64,000 nucleotides of DNA from Hemiscyllium ocellatum (lineage: Eukaryota): the NCBI RefSeq assembly GCF_020745735.1, contig NC_083409.1, positions 57,246,048-57,310,047 on the forward strand, read 5' to 3'. Positions 24,601 to 39,600 of the stretch are shown in pieces. The position numbers and the translations under genes are program-made. Below the pieces are notes generated by a model, which saw only the letters and a list, made by a program, of their open reading frames with translations, did no database searches and had not been told where the DNA came from. Numbering within the stretch: the stretch's first letter is position 1; every line of letters starts with the position of its first letter.

Positions 24601-27600
24601 CTGCTCTCTGTTGATTTTTGCTTTGTCGTCCTGTTTAAATTATCTGGTTACAAGAGCAGATCGGCAGCTAGTAATCCTGCAGCAAGTAACTTGCCTCCTG
24701 TCCACCATATCCAGATGCAAATCTGAAAGGAATCTAATCTCTGTGGGAAACTGTCTCTAAACGCTTTTTTCATGAATGTTTTTAATCCGTTCTATATCCC
24801 ATACTGTGATTTGTTACATTTCCTCAAGTTCTATATGGTTGATGTTTTCAACAGCTATCTTGAAACATTTCACTGCATTCTGACAATTTACCTACAGTAC
24901 ATCTGTGAATATGCTTCATCTTTAAAAGCAGACAATCAGAAAAATACTTGTGAACATTTTTATCCTTTTACGTGTTTTCAGGAAGTTCCATTGCAATTTC
25001 CCATCATCTTTATAACACCGACTTCGGTGCTTGAGAAATCTGTCACATGAATAGCCCAAACATTTGAATTTTGAAGTTCTCGTGTTTGCATGTGTTCAAT
25101 GTAGTGTCAAACAAACAGAACATTTAGCCTTGCATATACACTCCAGTCACAAAATCTCTTGGCATATTGAGCACAAAGCCCCTTTTTAAGTAAAAACTGT
25201 GGATTCCTAAGTTCAGAAATGAAAACAGAAATTGCTGGAAAATAACTCGGCAGAGCTGGTGCCATCTATGAAGAGTAAGCAAGGTCACCAGACCTGAAAT
25301 GTTAACTCTGCTGTCTCTGCACAGATGCTGCTGGATCTGCTGAGTTTTTTTTCCAGTAATTTCTTGTTTTTATGGAATCACTTTAAAGTTGGTAAGTACA
25401 CATGGTCATGCATTGATCACACAATAAGAGGCATTGTTGAGTTTTTTGTGTTTTACATACTACAAATTTTTTTTTCACTTAGGTGGGGATCAGATCTCTT
25501 CCTTTGTTAGACTCCATCACTGATGTGATCCAAGGACAATAGCATGAATAGGCCTGAGAGATGATCTGCAGAACGGATGCTCTCAGAAACCATGCTCAAA
25601 CTGGAGCTACTAGTTACAAGCTAATAGCTCAATATTTCTCAATCTCGTACTTCTTTAAAACATCTGGGTCAATGGGCTGAGAAGTGGCAGATGGAATTTA
25701 ATTTGGATGAATGTGAAGTATTGCATTTTCGTAAGACAAATAAGGACAGAATTTGTACAATTAATGATTGGGCCCTGGGTATTGTTTTGGAACAGAGACC
25801 TAGGAGTTCAGGTACATAATTCTTTGAAATTTGCTTCACATGTGAATCAGTGGTTAAGGTGATGTTTAGCACACTTGCCTTCATTGCTCAGATCTTTTGC
25901 ATATTAGAGTTAGTATGTCATGTTAAGGTTGTGCAGAACATTGAGGCCTCCCTTCTGGAGTACTGTGTGCAGTTCTGGTCGCCCTCTTATGGGAAGGATA
26001 TTTTTTTAACTGTAGCAGGTTCAGAAAAGATTTATCAGGATCTTTCTGGGAATGGAGAGTTTGAGATGTAAAAATATTTTAGAGAGACTGGGACTTTCTT
26101 CAATGAATTGTAGGAGATTGAGGGGTAACCTTATTGAGATTTATAAAATCATGAGGGGCATAGATAAAGTGAATGACAAGGGTGTTTTTCCTCAGGTGGG
26201 GGGAATTCAATACAAAGGGGCATATTTTTAAGGTGAGAGGAGAAAGAATTAAAACTGACATATGGGGCAACTTTATTTACACACGTTGTGGTTTATATGT
26301 GGAATGACCTGCTGACCGGATTCATTTCTCCCATTAACCAATCAAATAGCACTCTCTACCTGTCTTCACCTATCCTCACTTCACCGCCCTGCCCCACCAC
26401 CCCTTTATCTGCAGCTACCCCCACACCCACCCTCAGTCCTGAAGAAGGGTTACATCCGAAACATTGACTTCTCCACCTACTGATGTTGCCTGGCTTGCTG
26501 TGTTCTTGCAGCCTCCTGTCTGTCTATTTTGGATTCCATCATCTGCAGGTTTTCTCTCTCTAGAGGAAGTGGTGGATGCAAGTACAAATAGAATGTTTAA
26601 GACATTTGGATAAGAACATGAATAGCAAAGATTTGGAGGGATATGGGCCAAGCATAGGCAAATGGGGCTATTTTAGGAACATGGTTGGCGTGGACTAGTT
26701 GGATCAAAGGGTCTGTTTCCATACTGTATGACTCAATAAGGCACCAAAATTAAGGATTGGATGAAACTCAGCCAGCTTGATAAACTTGAATGTGGTTTCC
26801 ACTGACTGAGTAGGAAGAAACAAAGGAATTGTTCTGATGTTTCACATGATAGGAAAAAAAGCTCAGATGTGATTATTATTATGACAAGTGCTGAGATGAC
26901 TTGACAACATTCACTCTATAGGGTCATCAAAAATGCTTTGTTCTGGACATATGGAGGGGTGCTGATATTCGTTTGTAAGGTTTTATGACTTTTAAGAAAA
27001 AAGTTATTTTCTATACTCTATAATTGTACAATTTGGAATCAATGGAATCCTTTTTTAATGATGATTAGATTGTGAACTACATTCAAGCAAATTATTTCTT
27101 CAAGTTAACCTGTAATCTGCTATGATCTCTCTAGATATTTTGGGAAATACTAGCAACGTGCCAGTTCTGCCAAATCCTGCATTGACTGCAGCCCTGCTTC
27201 AGATAAATCAAACACAGGTAATTTCCATGAGAAACTATGCTTTTAGAAATGTATTCAAACATATAAAGCATACTTTGGATAAATGCAGGCAGTGCATTCA
27301 AGCTTAGAGTCTGGTTGAATTGTAAGATATAAGCTAGTGAAATTCTGCTCAACCTTGTCCTGGGTAGATTCCTTTAATGAAAGTTGGCAGGCAGTTTTTG
27401 ACCTAGTGCATGTGACATGACACTAACTTTGGTAGGATGAGGGGTTCCCAAGGTGCTTCATTTCCATATAATCTTGTGGAGATTTTAGGAATCCAAGCAC
27501 ATTGCATGCCATCAGTTACCTTGAAACGTTGTGACTATTATTATCTGAAATTTCTAATTGTGTATTGTTTGGGGGAAAATAATAACTTTGTCAGTCATTT

Positions 27601-30600
27601 GTCTTTTTATTTATCAGGACAATTTACAAGATACCCCAAAATAAAGGGAAATCAATATTTTGAGAAGAAAATGTTGATTGGTTGGCAAATAGACTATGGT
27701 AAAAGCATTGTTATGCAAATGCACCACTTAATGATGATTGGCTGTTTAACTTTGTTTAAATTTTAAACCAGACAGAATAAGAAAGGAAACAGAATAGTTG
27801 GCACCATATTCTAATGAAACTGGTGCAGTATAGTTCAAAAACGATTTACAAGGATGTTGTCAGGGTTGGAGGATTTGAGCTATGGGGAGATGCTGAACAG
27901 GCTAGAGCTGTTTTCACTGGAGCATCGGAGATTGAGGGGTGACCTTATGGAGATCTACAAAATTATGAGGGGCATGGATAGGATAAATAGACAAAGCCTT
28001 TTCCCTGGGAGAGGGGAGTCCAGAATTAGAGGGCATGGGTTTAGGGAGAGAGGGGAAAGTTATAAAAAAGACCTAAGGGGCACCTTTTTCACAGAGGGTG
28101 GTACATGTATGGAATGAGCCGCCAGAGGAAGTGAGGGAGGCTGGTACAATTGCAGCATTTAAAAGGTATTTGGATAGGTAAATGAATAGCAAAGGTTTGA
28201 AGGGATATGGGCTGGGTGCTGGCAGGTGGGATTAGATTGGGTTGGGATATCTGGTCGGCATGGACAGGTCGGACCAAAGGGTCTGTTTCCATCTGTACAC
28301 CTCTATGACTCTGTCTACATGGTCTTTCTGTTACAATGAATAGAACCCTGCTTAGCTTCCAGTGCACCTCCAAGTGCAACATGATGGGTTCTATTGACAA
28401 TTCTGAGTAGTTGTGGTCATACTACTTTGTGTACTCGGTTATGTTGTAAATTTTGCCCAATTGCAGAAATGTTCTAATGTTGGACACTGAGTTTTTCAAG
28501 ACAAGACTAGTTAAGTATGGTCAGACCTTTCTTGCAAATATCTAATGATATGAAAATATATGTAAAAAAAAATAAAAATATATGCTTTTGATGCGAACTG
28601 CTAATCTTTGGGGTGTATGACCTATGTTCCTTGCATCTCACCAGCACTAAACTTCACTTACTTTATTACTCATTTGTGTAATAGGCAGGCTGTCTTTTTT
28701 TTTGTGTGGCATCCTGTAAATGGTGGTCATTGCTTGTGCTGCACCAGCTAACTTTGTCTGTTGCTCAAATGTTTGAGTTACCTTACTCTTCCTAATCTGA
28801 GGTAGACTGGCAGTTTTCAGGATTGAAAGGAATGGCATTAAGCCTGTTAATTGTTTGATATGGTAGACAGTCAGAAATGATTGATCCTTACCCTATAGAA
28901 TGACTTTATTCCACTTCCCCAATTGGGCATTTGCTAAATAATCCTGCGTGTGTGAAAAATTATGCTAATATCCAATTAGGATTATCAGTTGGCCTTGCAT
29001 CATAGCACGCTTGTGTGTACTTAATATTGTGTGTGTATTATAACATTAATACACAAAGCCCTCCTTTTTAAAATCTATTCACTTTTCCTGTTGCAATGCA
29101 GTAAAATAGGTGATGGCCACTTCTCAGACTAACACCTGAGACAGTCAACCTGACTGGTTTAAAATTGAAACAAAAACTTGCTATTTAACTGTCAGTTGTC
29201 ATTAACTGGTCCATGCTCCATGGTAATGCATCAACCAGGCAATACACTCCATTACTACACTAAATATTGTTTTCCCTTTACTTTCGGATTTCTTCTGGTT
29301 TGTCCTGATGAGTGAAAGACAAAAGCTTGTGCAATTTTTTTTCCCGCAATACTGAAGTCCTGTTTTTCATCTATGTAATATCCAATGGACAATTTAATTG
29401 ATACCAATGCAGTTTTGTAAATAATAAAATTAGATTGCAAAATGAAACATTCACTTTAAAATTGTTCTGCCAACTATTTGTTAATTGCCATCTGTCCCTT
29501 CTTAGGCAATGCTCTTTTGTCAATTCCCATGCTTGGCTAGGGGGGAAAATATCTATTTCTTTAATTACTCTCAAAACCCCCAAGAATCTGTTGTTCTTTG
29601 AAGAATTCTTCTGTCATCTGTTCACGAAGTAAAATTTGGTATGATGGGCTTTGTTTTCTCAAATGGCTAATTTCTTGCTTGCCTAGAGATGCACTTGTAT
29701 TTCCTTGTAGGCTACTCTCGCAATACTGGTGACTGGGAGGAGATACTATCCAAGAGTAGAGCTATTACCTGACTACGAATCTTGACCAGCACGAATGTGT
29801 ATTGATCAGAATGTGTATCTTGATCAAAATGTGTGCATAGCGACATGTGCGATGGTGTCAGTTTTTGAGTTTTTTTTCTTGAATCTAAAGTACATTTTCA
29901 CCTGTCGTGAAATATTTTGCCATTCTTCCTTCATTGGCTCCCATCCACCCCTTCTCTCCTGCCTTCTCACTCACCCGCCTCCTCTCTATCCAAGAGGTTT
30001 TCATTTAATTACATGCTGAGTGAATATCAGTATACCATATGTTGTGGGATTAGTATAAAATCATGTATCTTCTGCCCCATTTCCTCCATCTAATCATTAG
30101 TCAGTGAATCATTAATGAACAGTTATGACAGAGTTCTTAATTTTGCTCTTTCATCTTGGTCGTTTTTTTTCCATTCTCCCCTATAAGCTAGCTAAAGAAG
30201 TTAAGAGTATTAGGCTGAAAGACAAAGCATATAAAGAGGCCAAAGTCAGTAATTGACCTGAAGATTGGGATAAATTCAGAAGCTCAGAAGATTTAAAAAG
30301 ATTATGAAGACAAAAAAATAAACTGAGGGCAAATTAGTGAGGGAATATTTAAAAAGTGACAAGAGCTTCTTTAAATAACTAAGAATAGAGGGTTCAAAAT
30401 GAACATCCGTTCAGAAAATGAAAGTGGGAGACCATTTTTGGGAACAAGAACAATAAGAAGTCAAACAGATTTTGCATCAGTCTTTGCAGGGAACATCCTT
30501 CGGCCATCCCGTTAATATTAAAGAATATGGGGAAGGAATTGAGGACCATCACCATTACTAGAGTAGTGGTATTCGGCACACCAATAGGGCTAAAGGCAGG

Positions 30601-33600
30601 TAAGTTACCTGGCCCTGCATCCTAGGATTGTAAAAGAAATATCTATAGAGACAGTGGATGCCTTGGTTGCAATTTTCTAAAATGGATTCTGAAAAACTGT
30701 TAATATGGCAACCCTGTTCATAAAGGGTGGATGCAAAAAGTGGGTAACGAACTATTGGCTAATTAGTTGAATATCAATTGTATTGGAATCGTTATTTAAG
30801 GAACAAATAGCAGAACTTTGGAAAATCATGGTCTAATCAAGTAGAGTCAACATGGCTTCATGAAAGGCTAATGGTGTCTGATTAATTTGGAGTTTTTTGA
30901 AGTCTGAACCAGAGTGAATAGAGGAAAACTAATAAATGTGTTATACTTGGAATTTGGGATGGTACGAGACAAGATACTTTACGAAAATTGATGCGCTAAG
31001 AGCCTATGGTGTTGGATATAGTATATAGCTTGAGTAGAGAGTTGGTCATGACCAGGGAATAGTGAGTGGGAATAAGGGATACTTATTCAGGTTGGAAACG
31101 TGCAACGAGTTGCATTCCACAGGGATCAGTGCTGGGATTGTAACTGTTTGCAATATATGTTGATTTCTTGGAGGGATGGAATGATTATACTGCAGCCAAA
31201 CTAGCAGAACACAAGTAGGTGGAAAGGCAACTTGAGGAGGGATACAAACAGTTCGGAATGATATTGTAGGTTAAATAAGTTGGCAAATAGAGTATAATGT
31301 GGGAAAATGTTGCTTATTTTTAAAGAGACAACAAAAGAACAAGATGTTATTTAAATGGAGGGAGACTGCAGAAAGCTGCAACAGAAAGGGACTTTGGGGT
31401 TATTGTGCATGAAGCACAAAGCTAGCACACCAGGTGCAGCAGGTAGCCAGAAAGGCTGATGGAATGTTGGTCCTTATTTTGAGTTGAAGAGCAGGGAAGT
31501 CTTCCTGCAGCTTTACAAGGTGCTGGTGAGCACACACATGGAGCACTGAGCAGGTTTCGTCCCCTTATTTAAGGAAAAATATCATATCATTGGAGGCAGG
31601 TCAGAGGAGCTTCGCTAAGGAGATCCCTGGTATGGAGGGATTGTCTTACGAGCAAAGTTTAAACACTTTAGGACTGTACTCACTGGAATTTAGACGAATG
31701 AGCGGTGATGTCATTGAATCACAGGATTCTGAAGAGCTTAATGGTGAGGATGTTTCTCTTCCTGAGTGTGTCAAGGGCCAGAGGTCATAGTCTCAGAATT
31801 AAGAGGTGCCAATTTAAAGTTGAGACAGAATAATTTCTTCTGAGGTCTTGAGTCTTTGGAACTCATTTTCATAGAAAGCTGTGGGGATAGAGTCCTTGTG
31901 TATATTTAAAGTTGACACAGATCTTTGATTGTAAAGGAAATCAGCTTATGGGAAAAGGACAGGAAAGTGGAAATGAGGAATGTTGGTTCAGTCCTGTAAT
32001 CTTACTAAATGGTGGAGTAGGCTTAAGGTGCTGACTGGCCTACTTCTGTTCCTATTTCTTATGACCTTATTCCTTGACCTCTGGCTGCAAACAAAGTTTT
32101 GTTGCTGTGCTGTGTTACTATAAGACTTGGATTAATTTGGTTTACATGTCACCTGTGTTGTGTGACCAATTTCATTTTAATTTCTTATTAGAATGCTGTG
32201 TTGGGAAATGGACTGTTTCAGAATCTAATACGAATGCAGGCAGCTCAACAGATGCTCGTAAACAAGGAGAATCCAGCAATCAACAATGTGAGTTATTGTT
32301 TAGCTGACATAGTCTCAGATTCTTAACTGTATTTATATTGTTATGTTTGTTCTTAGTGCTGTTTTGTTCTTAATGCCACTCACCCATTTCTCCTGAATGC
32401 ATAGACTTGTGCATTAGCATAATTGCGCAGGTCTTATAGGTAAATGCAGTGGCCTTTGTGTAAAGCTTGATTGAATGTGTTGGCAGGGTTATCAGCTGGG
32501 GGAGGTAGGAAGGAAACGTTTGAACCACCTGCTGATGTCTCATTTACATTTTTCAGACATTGAGTTTGCCATACTTTTTAGATGCACACAGATGTTTACA
32601 TATTTGTATTTTATTCCTGTGGTGGAGAATTCTATTCTACGTGTGTTATGGACCAGACCCCTTAAAATATTTTGAGAAGAAGGTAACCTAGGTACTGGAC
32701 TTTTGTATTTTGATGGTAGATGTGAAAGGTGTGTTCCAGGTGTGATACAACTGGTCAAACACTTGATTTTAAGCAAAACAATTTATTTAAATGCTATGGT
32801 TAAAATGCAAACAAAAGAAAGAGGAATTTAGAATAACTTAACTGTTGGAAAACTTAACCGAATAATGAATATGGTACTTATCACTAATTAACTGGTCTAA
32901 CATCCTATAAATACACCCCTTGGCAAAAAGGAAAATTCAGACATCGATTCTTACATGCAGCCCTCTGGTAAGGAGAAAACGCATCATGAGATTTCAGAGA
33001 AAGTAGCAGCGAGGAATCATTTTACTGAAGCTCCAACCCTTCTGGGACTGTAACAGCTTTTAACTGCTATGGTTTAAAAACTAGCAAGCCTGATCTGAAA
33101 GAATCAGCCACTTCCCTTCCATTGTTACAAGTTTTTTTAAAAGACTAAAGGCCTCAAACTATCGACTTAGGCCATCTCCAGTAGCCATTTTGGCACCTCT
33201 GCCGTTACAACTTCCCTTCAAAAAACCCAGGACTAAATAACCTTTTTAAAGTGACGGTGTGGTCACACAAGACATTATCATCCTATGACTTTTATATAAA
33301 CAGATGTGCGGGGTGGGGGAGCGAATAGTAATTCTCTGTTTTGAATGTTAAATTAGCACTTTTTAAAACTAATTTTTGTTACTTGCCAGCTTCAGATAAG
33401 TGTGTTTTGGGATATGATTAAACCTGTCCTAAAATCATTTTAGCTCTTGTAGATAATAATAATAATGACTTCCTATTCTCAATACCTTGAAGTGCTTATT
33501 CTTGCCTTAAGATTCAGCTGAATTTTGATAATGCACTAGAAAATTAACCAGCCCTGTCTAACAAATGCCTTTCACTATGCGAAAGTATCCTCTTATGTAT

Positions 33601-36600
33601 GTGATAAAGCGTCAACCTTTTGGTCTTGTTCTAAATTGACAAAAATCAACAGTTTATATTTGTCATAGCTCTTCCAGAGGCTGCATTCTTGAACCAACAA
33701 TATTTTTAAAAATATCAATTCTGAAGCTCCTAATCTTTTGAAAGCAACTTTTTCAGACATCACAAAATGTTCCTTCCTTTAAAAGAAGGTGGTGATGAAT
33801 AACTATTTTACTTGAGATTTTCTGGATTTTAAATATGCAATCTTTGATCAAAGCTAAAAACAGGCAGTCAGGGTTAGTAAGTATTGATATCAGAATAGAT
33901 TTTCTGAGAAATGTTGATTATATGGTAGAATTTTATATTTGGCTTGTGTGATGTAGTTAAGTGCAAAACCAGGATCTTAAATTTAAACAAAAAATTGCAA
34001 AGGCCTGAGGATTGAATTACCTCAAGTAGATTGGAAAAGTTCAATTAAAAAAGATAATAGTTTTGTAATGATGGATTTTCTATAAGTATGAACATTTATT
34101 TAAGAAATTAAATCTCTAAAGCAGAAGACATCTAACCATCACTCCTGTGGAAGCTAAGTATAATATTAGGTAAAAAGAGCATCATGTTGCCAAAATAAGT
34201 ACTAATCTTGAGGAAGAATTTTTGAGATTGAAAAATGAAAAAATCATTGGGGAGAAAATAGTGAGAAATTAAGAATTACAGCGTGTATGTACAAAGTATG
34301 TAGTGCATTCTCGGAGACAGAGCCAGCAGCAATTATAATGGGGAGTTAATAGATAAAAAAGAAACAGTGAATGAAATGAATAATATTTTGTTTCGGTTTT
34401 CACTAAAGGGAAACAAATATTCCATGTATACCTCTATATCAGAAGGAGGAAAGAAGAGAGGAACTTGAAGAAATTGCAATCATAAAAGAAGTGGTATGAA
34501 GCAAACTAATAGAGTTGCGGGCTGAAAAGTCTCGAGGTCCAGATGGATTCCACGTCTGAAGGTCTTTGGGAATTATTAATAAGATAGATGCATTGGTGTT
34601 AATTTTCCTAAATTTCTCAGATTCAGGAAAGTTTCCATCTGACTGGAAAATAGCAATGTAACACTCCTATTCAAGAAGGGAGGAAGGCAGAAGAAGAAAA
34701 CTTCAGGCCAGTTAGCTTGATGTCTGTCATGGAGAAAATATTGGAGTTGATCGATTAAAAAGATTATAGCTGTACACTGAGTAGGACCTCATAGGATATG
34801 TCAGCATGGTTTCATCAAAGGAAAACCAAAAGAACTGCAGATGTTGTAAATCAGAGACATAAAATAGAAATTGCTGGAAAAGCTCAGCAAGTCTGGCAGC
34901 ATCTGTAGAGAGCAGTGAGAGTTAATGTTTTGGGTTGAGTAACCCTCCAGAGCATAAAACGAAACCCATTGAAACAACTTATTAGAGTTCTTTGTAGGAC
35001 TAAAGTGCTGGAGAGTACAGGAATGTCTGTTGATCTACTATTCTTGAACTTCCACAAGGTATTCGGTAAGGTACCGTATGTGATGATGCTGCTCCTTTAA
35101 CAAGGTTAAGTTGATCTTGTTTTTTTTTCAGGAGGTTGTAAAGTCACAGGTTTCAAAATGTCTGGGAAGTGGTGTACTATAAAAGAAACACTTGTACAAT
35201 GAAAGAGGAGTGGCTAGTTCTCCCAACTCAGCTTTTCTCTGGTTTGGGTTTTAGCAGTGTTGTTCTGAACAAGCAGTCAGGTTTGTTTTGAGGCTGCTGG
35301 ACAAAGAAACGGTTACATGCAAGAAGGTATTCCATGCTGAATCTCTCGGCCATCTCTCTCTGACATCTCTCCTGTAAGATCCTGTGTTGATTTGATCTTT
35401 TTTGCCAAGGGATTTTTATGGGGATTGTTGCAAGTTTTTGGAATAACATCATTAAATTGGGATAATCTGGATTTTCAGATAGGTGGTTGTTCTATGTTTT
35501 AAATTTCTGTTTGATTTAGTAATCTTGCAAATAAATCTGTTTTGTTTAAAACTGTGGTTGGGCCAGCTGCATCTCCTGGAATATCCACTATACACCTGCT
35601 TAGAACAAAAAAAAATAGGGTCTGGGCTACTTTCTTGAAGTACTTTGAAGGGCCTGGCCTGGTCCATAACACACACTAAAGGTTATTACAGAAAATAAAA
35701 GCTCATGGTGTAGGGGATAACATAGTAAATTGGCTGGCTGGAGGAAAGCAGAAAGCGCAGAAATGGGTCTTTGATTAGTAGGATGTGATTAGTGGAGTTC
35801 CACAAAGGTCTCTACTAGGCCTTCAACTTTGCACAGTTTACATCAGTGACTTAGATGAGAGTGAATGCATGGTATCCCATCCTACATTGCTACTACTCGC
35901 GTCCTCCAGTACTGCTACCACACCCTGCTCTCTCAAAAAAGAGGGCAATGAGATAAGTTGCAGTATAACATTGTTGGCTGCCAATAGAATAAGCATAGGA
36001 AATGGGCATTGAGAAGACTTCAAAGAGGTTGAAACTATGTTGTACTGAGTTATATGTGTGGGCAAAATACGGCAGATAGTGTTTAATGTTTGGACATGAG
36101 ATTTTCCTGTAGTAAGGTAAGTATGAAAAGGTGTTTTCAGGAGATCCTTGACAAGTCTATACTCAGATTACTGTCTTGATCATCCTGGCTATATCTAGAG
36201 AGAAGGGGTGCTGCTAAGATTCTTAGGTTTGTTTTGTGCACTGATCCTTGCAGAACACCACTGGTCACTGATTTCCAGTCGGGAAATCACTCTTTCACCA
36301 CTACAGTATGCCCAAATCACTTGTATGACTAAGCTATTTCAATATCTAGCTTACCAGCTCACTGTGGATCCCATGTGACTTCAATTTTTGATAATTTTCT
36401 CAATGTAGGATCCATTTGTTGCATTTCTATTAAAGAAGATAGACTAAACCTGCTGGCCTTGTTCTTTGTTCTGTTAAATATTTGAAAAATCAAAAACGAA
36501 TTTTGAAGTCATCTCCCTTTTTCACAGGCTATTCCTGTCTTCCTTTCTAAATCTATAGGCCTGGGACATAGGCACAACACAGTAAATAAACAATCCATGA

Positions 36601-39600
36601 AAGTTCCTCCTATAGCATATCATTTTTACTTCTAGTGGTTGTTTCACCACAGTGGTAAGGCCAATGTTTTTGAACCAACCGGGTCATTTAGCAAGATAGT
36701 ATCAGTTCCTTTTATAAAGATTTGTTGCACAGCTCACTGCAATTGCTCAAGTATCTCTTTAATCCAACTCTACATAATGGTATGTAACCTTCCTGCGCAC
36801 CTGCAATTAATGAAATGATAAAATGTAGGCTGTTCGACTTCTCGAGTCTGTCCTGCCTTTGTGAGATTATGGCTGATCTGATAATCCTCAACTCCACCAC
36901 GCCCCACCCTTGATTTCCCTTCCTGATTAAAAATCTGTTTCCCAGCCTTGAATAGTCTAAGCAAGCTATCCTTGACAGCACTTTGTAGAAAAGAATTTCA
37001 CAGATCCACTAACCTCTGGAGGAAAGTTCTCCTCATCTGTCTTACATGGGCCACTTCTTACTCTAAGATGATCCCTGGACTAGCTCCTCAGAGGTTGGTA
37101 ACCTATTACTAAATCACCTTTATTTAAATGAGCATAATATTTGTCACTGGTCTGGCTTCCTCAGAGCCAGCTCTGTGAGAGCAGAACTGTTGACCCTCTG
37201 TTTACACCTGTCAGCCAGGGTTCCCTGATAGGGATTGTTAACCTGGCCCAGTTAGGGAACTCATTCTATAAGGTCCACCTCGCTGACCTCATTACGATCA
37301 CTACACCTCTCCGTGTCTACGTCTGGGAAAGTAGGCATGTTCATTCTTGTAGCCACTCCTGGGGTGTTTTTGCATCAGGTCCAGTTACTTCAACTCCGCC
37401 TGAGATACAGGTGGTGTGTACTGGATATAATCCATCTCTTAAGCCCAGAGCAGCTCAGAAAAATAATCACCTTCTTCGGCTGTAAAGGTCAGTGGCTAGC
37501 ACTGCGTCTCACAGCGGCAGGATCCAGATTCGATTCCTGCCTCGGGTGACTGTCTGTGGGGAGTTTGCACATTCTCCCCATGTCTGCGTGGGTTTTCTCC
37601 GGGTGCTCCGGTTTCCTCCCACAATACAAAGATGTGCAGGTTAAGTGAATTGGCTGTGCTAAATTGCCCGTAGTGTGAGGTACGTTAGTCAGGAGTAAAT
37701 GTAAGGGAATGGGTCTGGATGGTTTACTCTTCGGAGGGTCAGTGTGGACTTGTTGGGTCGAAAGGCGTGTTTCCACACTCTAGGGAATCTAATAGAACGA
37801 AGAGGGAAAACGTTTCTGGCTATTCTCAGAGGCAGGGTATGTTTTACTCCTGCCTCATTTGAGAGTTTGCAGCTTTCATGGTCCACATGCTTGTTCAGGG
37901 CTGCATCACTGTATGCCGGGGGACCTGACCTCGTGCTAACCGTGCCCCTTACCAATGCGTGGCCGTTTCTGTGATTTTGGTACCAAACATCATTCCCTGA
38001 AGTAAACTTACAACAAACAAAAACAAATTAATTACCAAAGGATTAAAGAAATAAAATCATATGCTTAGAAATCCTTTGACGTAAGGAGCAAAACAAAAAT
38101 TCAACCTGTTCCCCAACAATATCTTCTACAGGTTAACGAGTTTTGAGAAGATTTGTAGCTCAGGTTGAGGTTCTGGATGTAGGTTTGCTCGCTGAGCTGG
38201 AAGGTATGTTTTCAGACATTTTGTCACCATACTAAGTAACATCAGTGAGCATCTGGATGAAACACTGGTGGCATAGCTCGCTTTCTGTTTGTATTTAGGT
38301 TTTCTTGGATTAGTGATGTCATTTCCTGTGGTGAGGTCATTTTCTGTTCTTGTCATGGGGTGGTAAATAGGATCCAAGTCAGCGTATTGTTGATAGAGCT
38401 CCGATTGGAATGCAATGCTTCTAGGAATTCTCGCGCGTGTCACTGTTTGGCTTGTCTGAGGGTGGATGTGTTCTCCCAGTCGAAGTGGTGTCTTTCCTCA
38501 CCTGTATGTAAAGATACTACTGAGAGTGGGTCATATTACCTAGTATGGTGACCAAGCATCTGAAAATGATCCTCCCAGCTCAGCGAGCAAACCTACATCC
38601 AGATTTTCTACAGATACTCAATCCTGGAGAACTATCACAATCTCAACTATTCTTAATTTCTGACTTGACTGACTCCAATTCTCCTTGAATTGTTGAGGCA
38701 TTTGAGTCTTCCTCCCAAATCTGGTGACTTGAACATCTTTTTAGCTCTGACAACTTGAAAACTTCTATGTAAACTCTCAACTTCAAGATTTCACAGATTT
38801 CACTGTTGTCCTAAATTGAGAACTTAGTTTTCTTCGAGCAGAAGAATCTCCAATTGAATTCCTAATTATTCAAAACTGAAGAAAAACTATCCAAGTTACT
38901 TCTGGTCTCTCTTGTCTTTGAGCCATGAATTTAATTCTGTAAACTTTTCATCAATTAACTCTGCATCCTGCTAGGTACTGAACTAAACTACATACATTCC
39001 TGGAAATTATGTCTTCATATCACTGTTCCAAATGTCCTACAGAATATTTTTAGGTTAAAAAATTACCTTTTACAGAACTGAAGTGAAATCCATAGCATGA
39101 AGCCAAAAAGCTATGGATGCTGGAGATCTGAAACCAAAACAGTGCTGGCGAACTCAGCAGGTCTAGCAGCAAATGTAGAGGAAAAAATATGCTCTTTATT
39201 CACTTATTAAATCTGACTACTTTGAGAAATTATGAAGGCATGAAGTACAAATTGGCTGAGGTGGATTGGCGAATATATTAAAGTACATAAGACAATGAAT
39301 AGTCCTTAAATAACTATTTCATGGCTTTTAGCAATTATGCATTCCTCCATGGTACAAAAACTCAGTCAGCAGTGGCTGACAATGGAGGTTAAGGACAATA
39401 TAAGATTAAAGGACAAGGCGTATAAATTTGACAGAAATAGAAGTTAATCTGAAGATTGGGAGATTTTTAAAGAATATAGCAAAGTAGGATCGCACAACAG
39501 ATGAAGAAAGAGAATAGGATGAGTGCAGTACAGCAAAAGCATGATTGTAAAAGCTTCTATAGGTGCATTAGTTTTAGCTAAACATTACCTTTTTAATATT

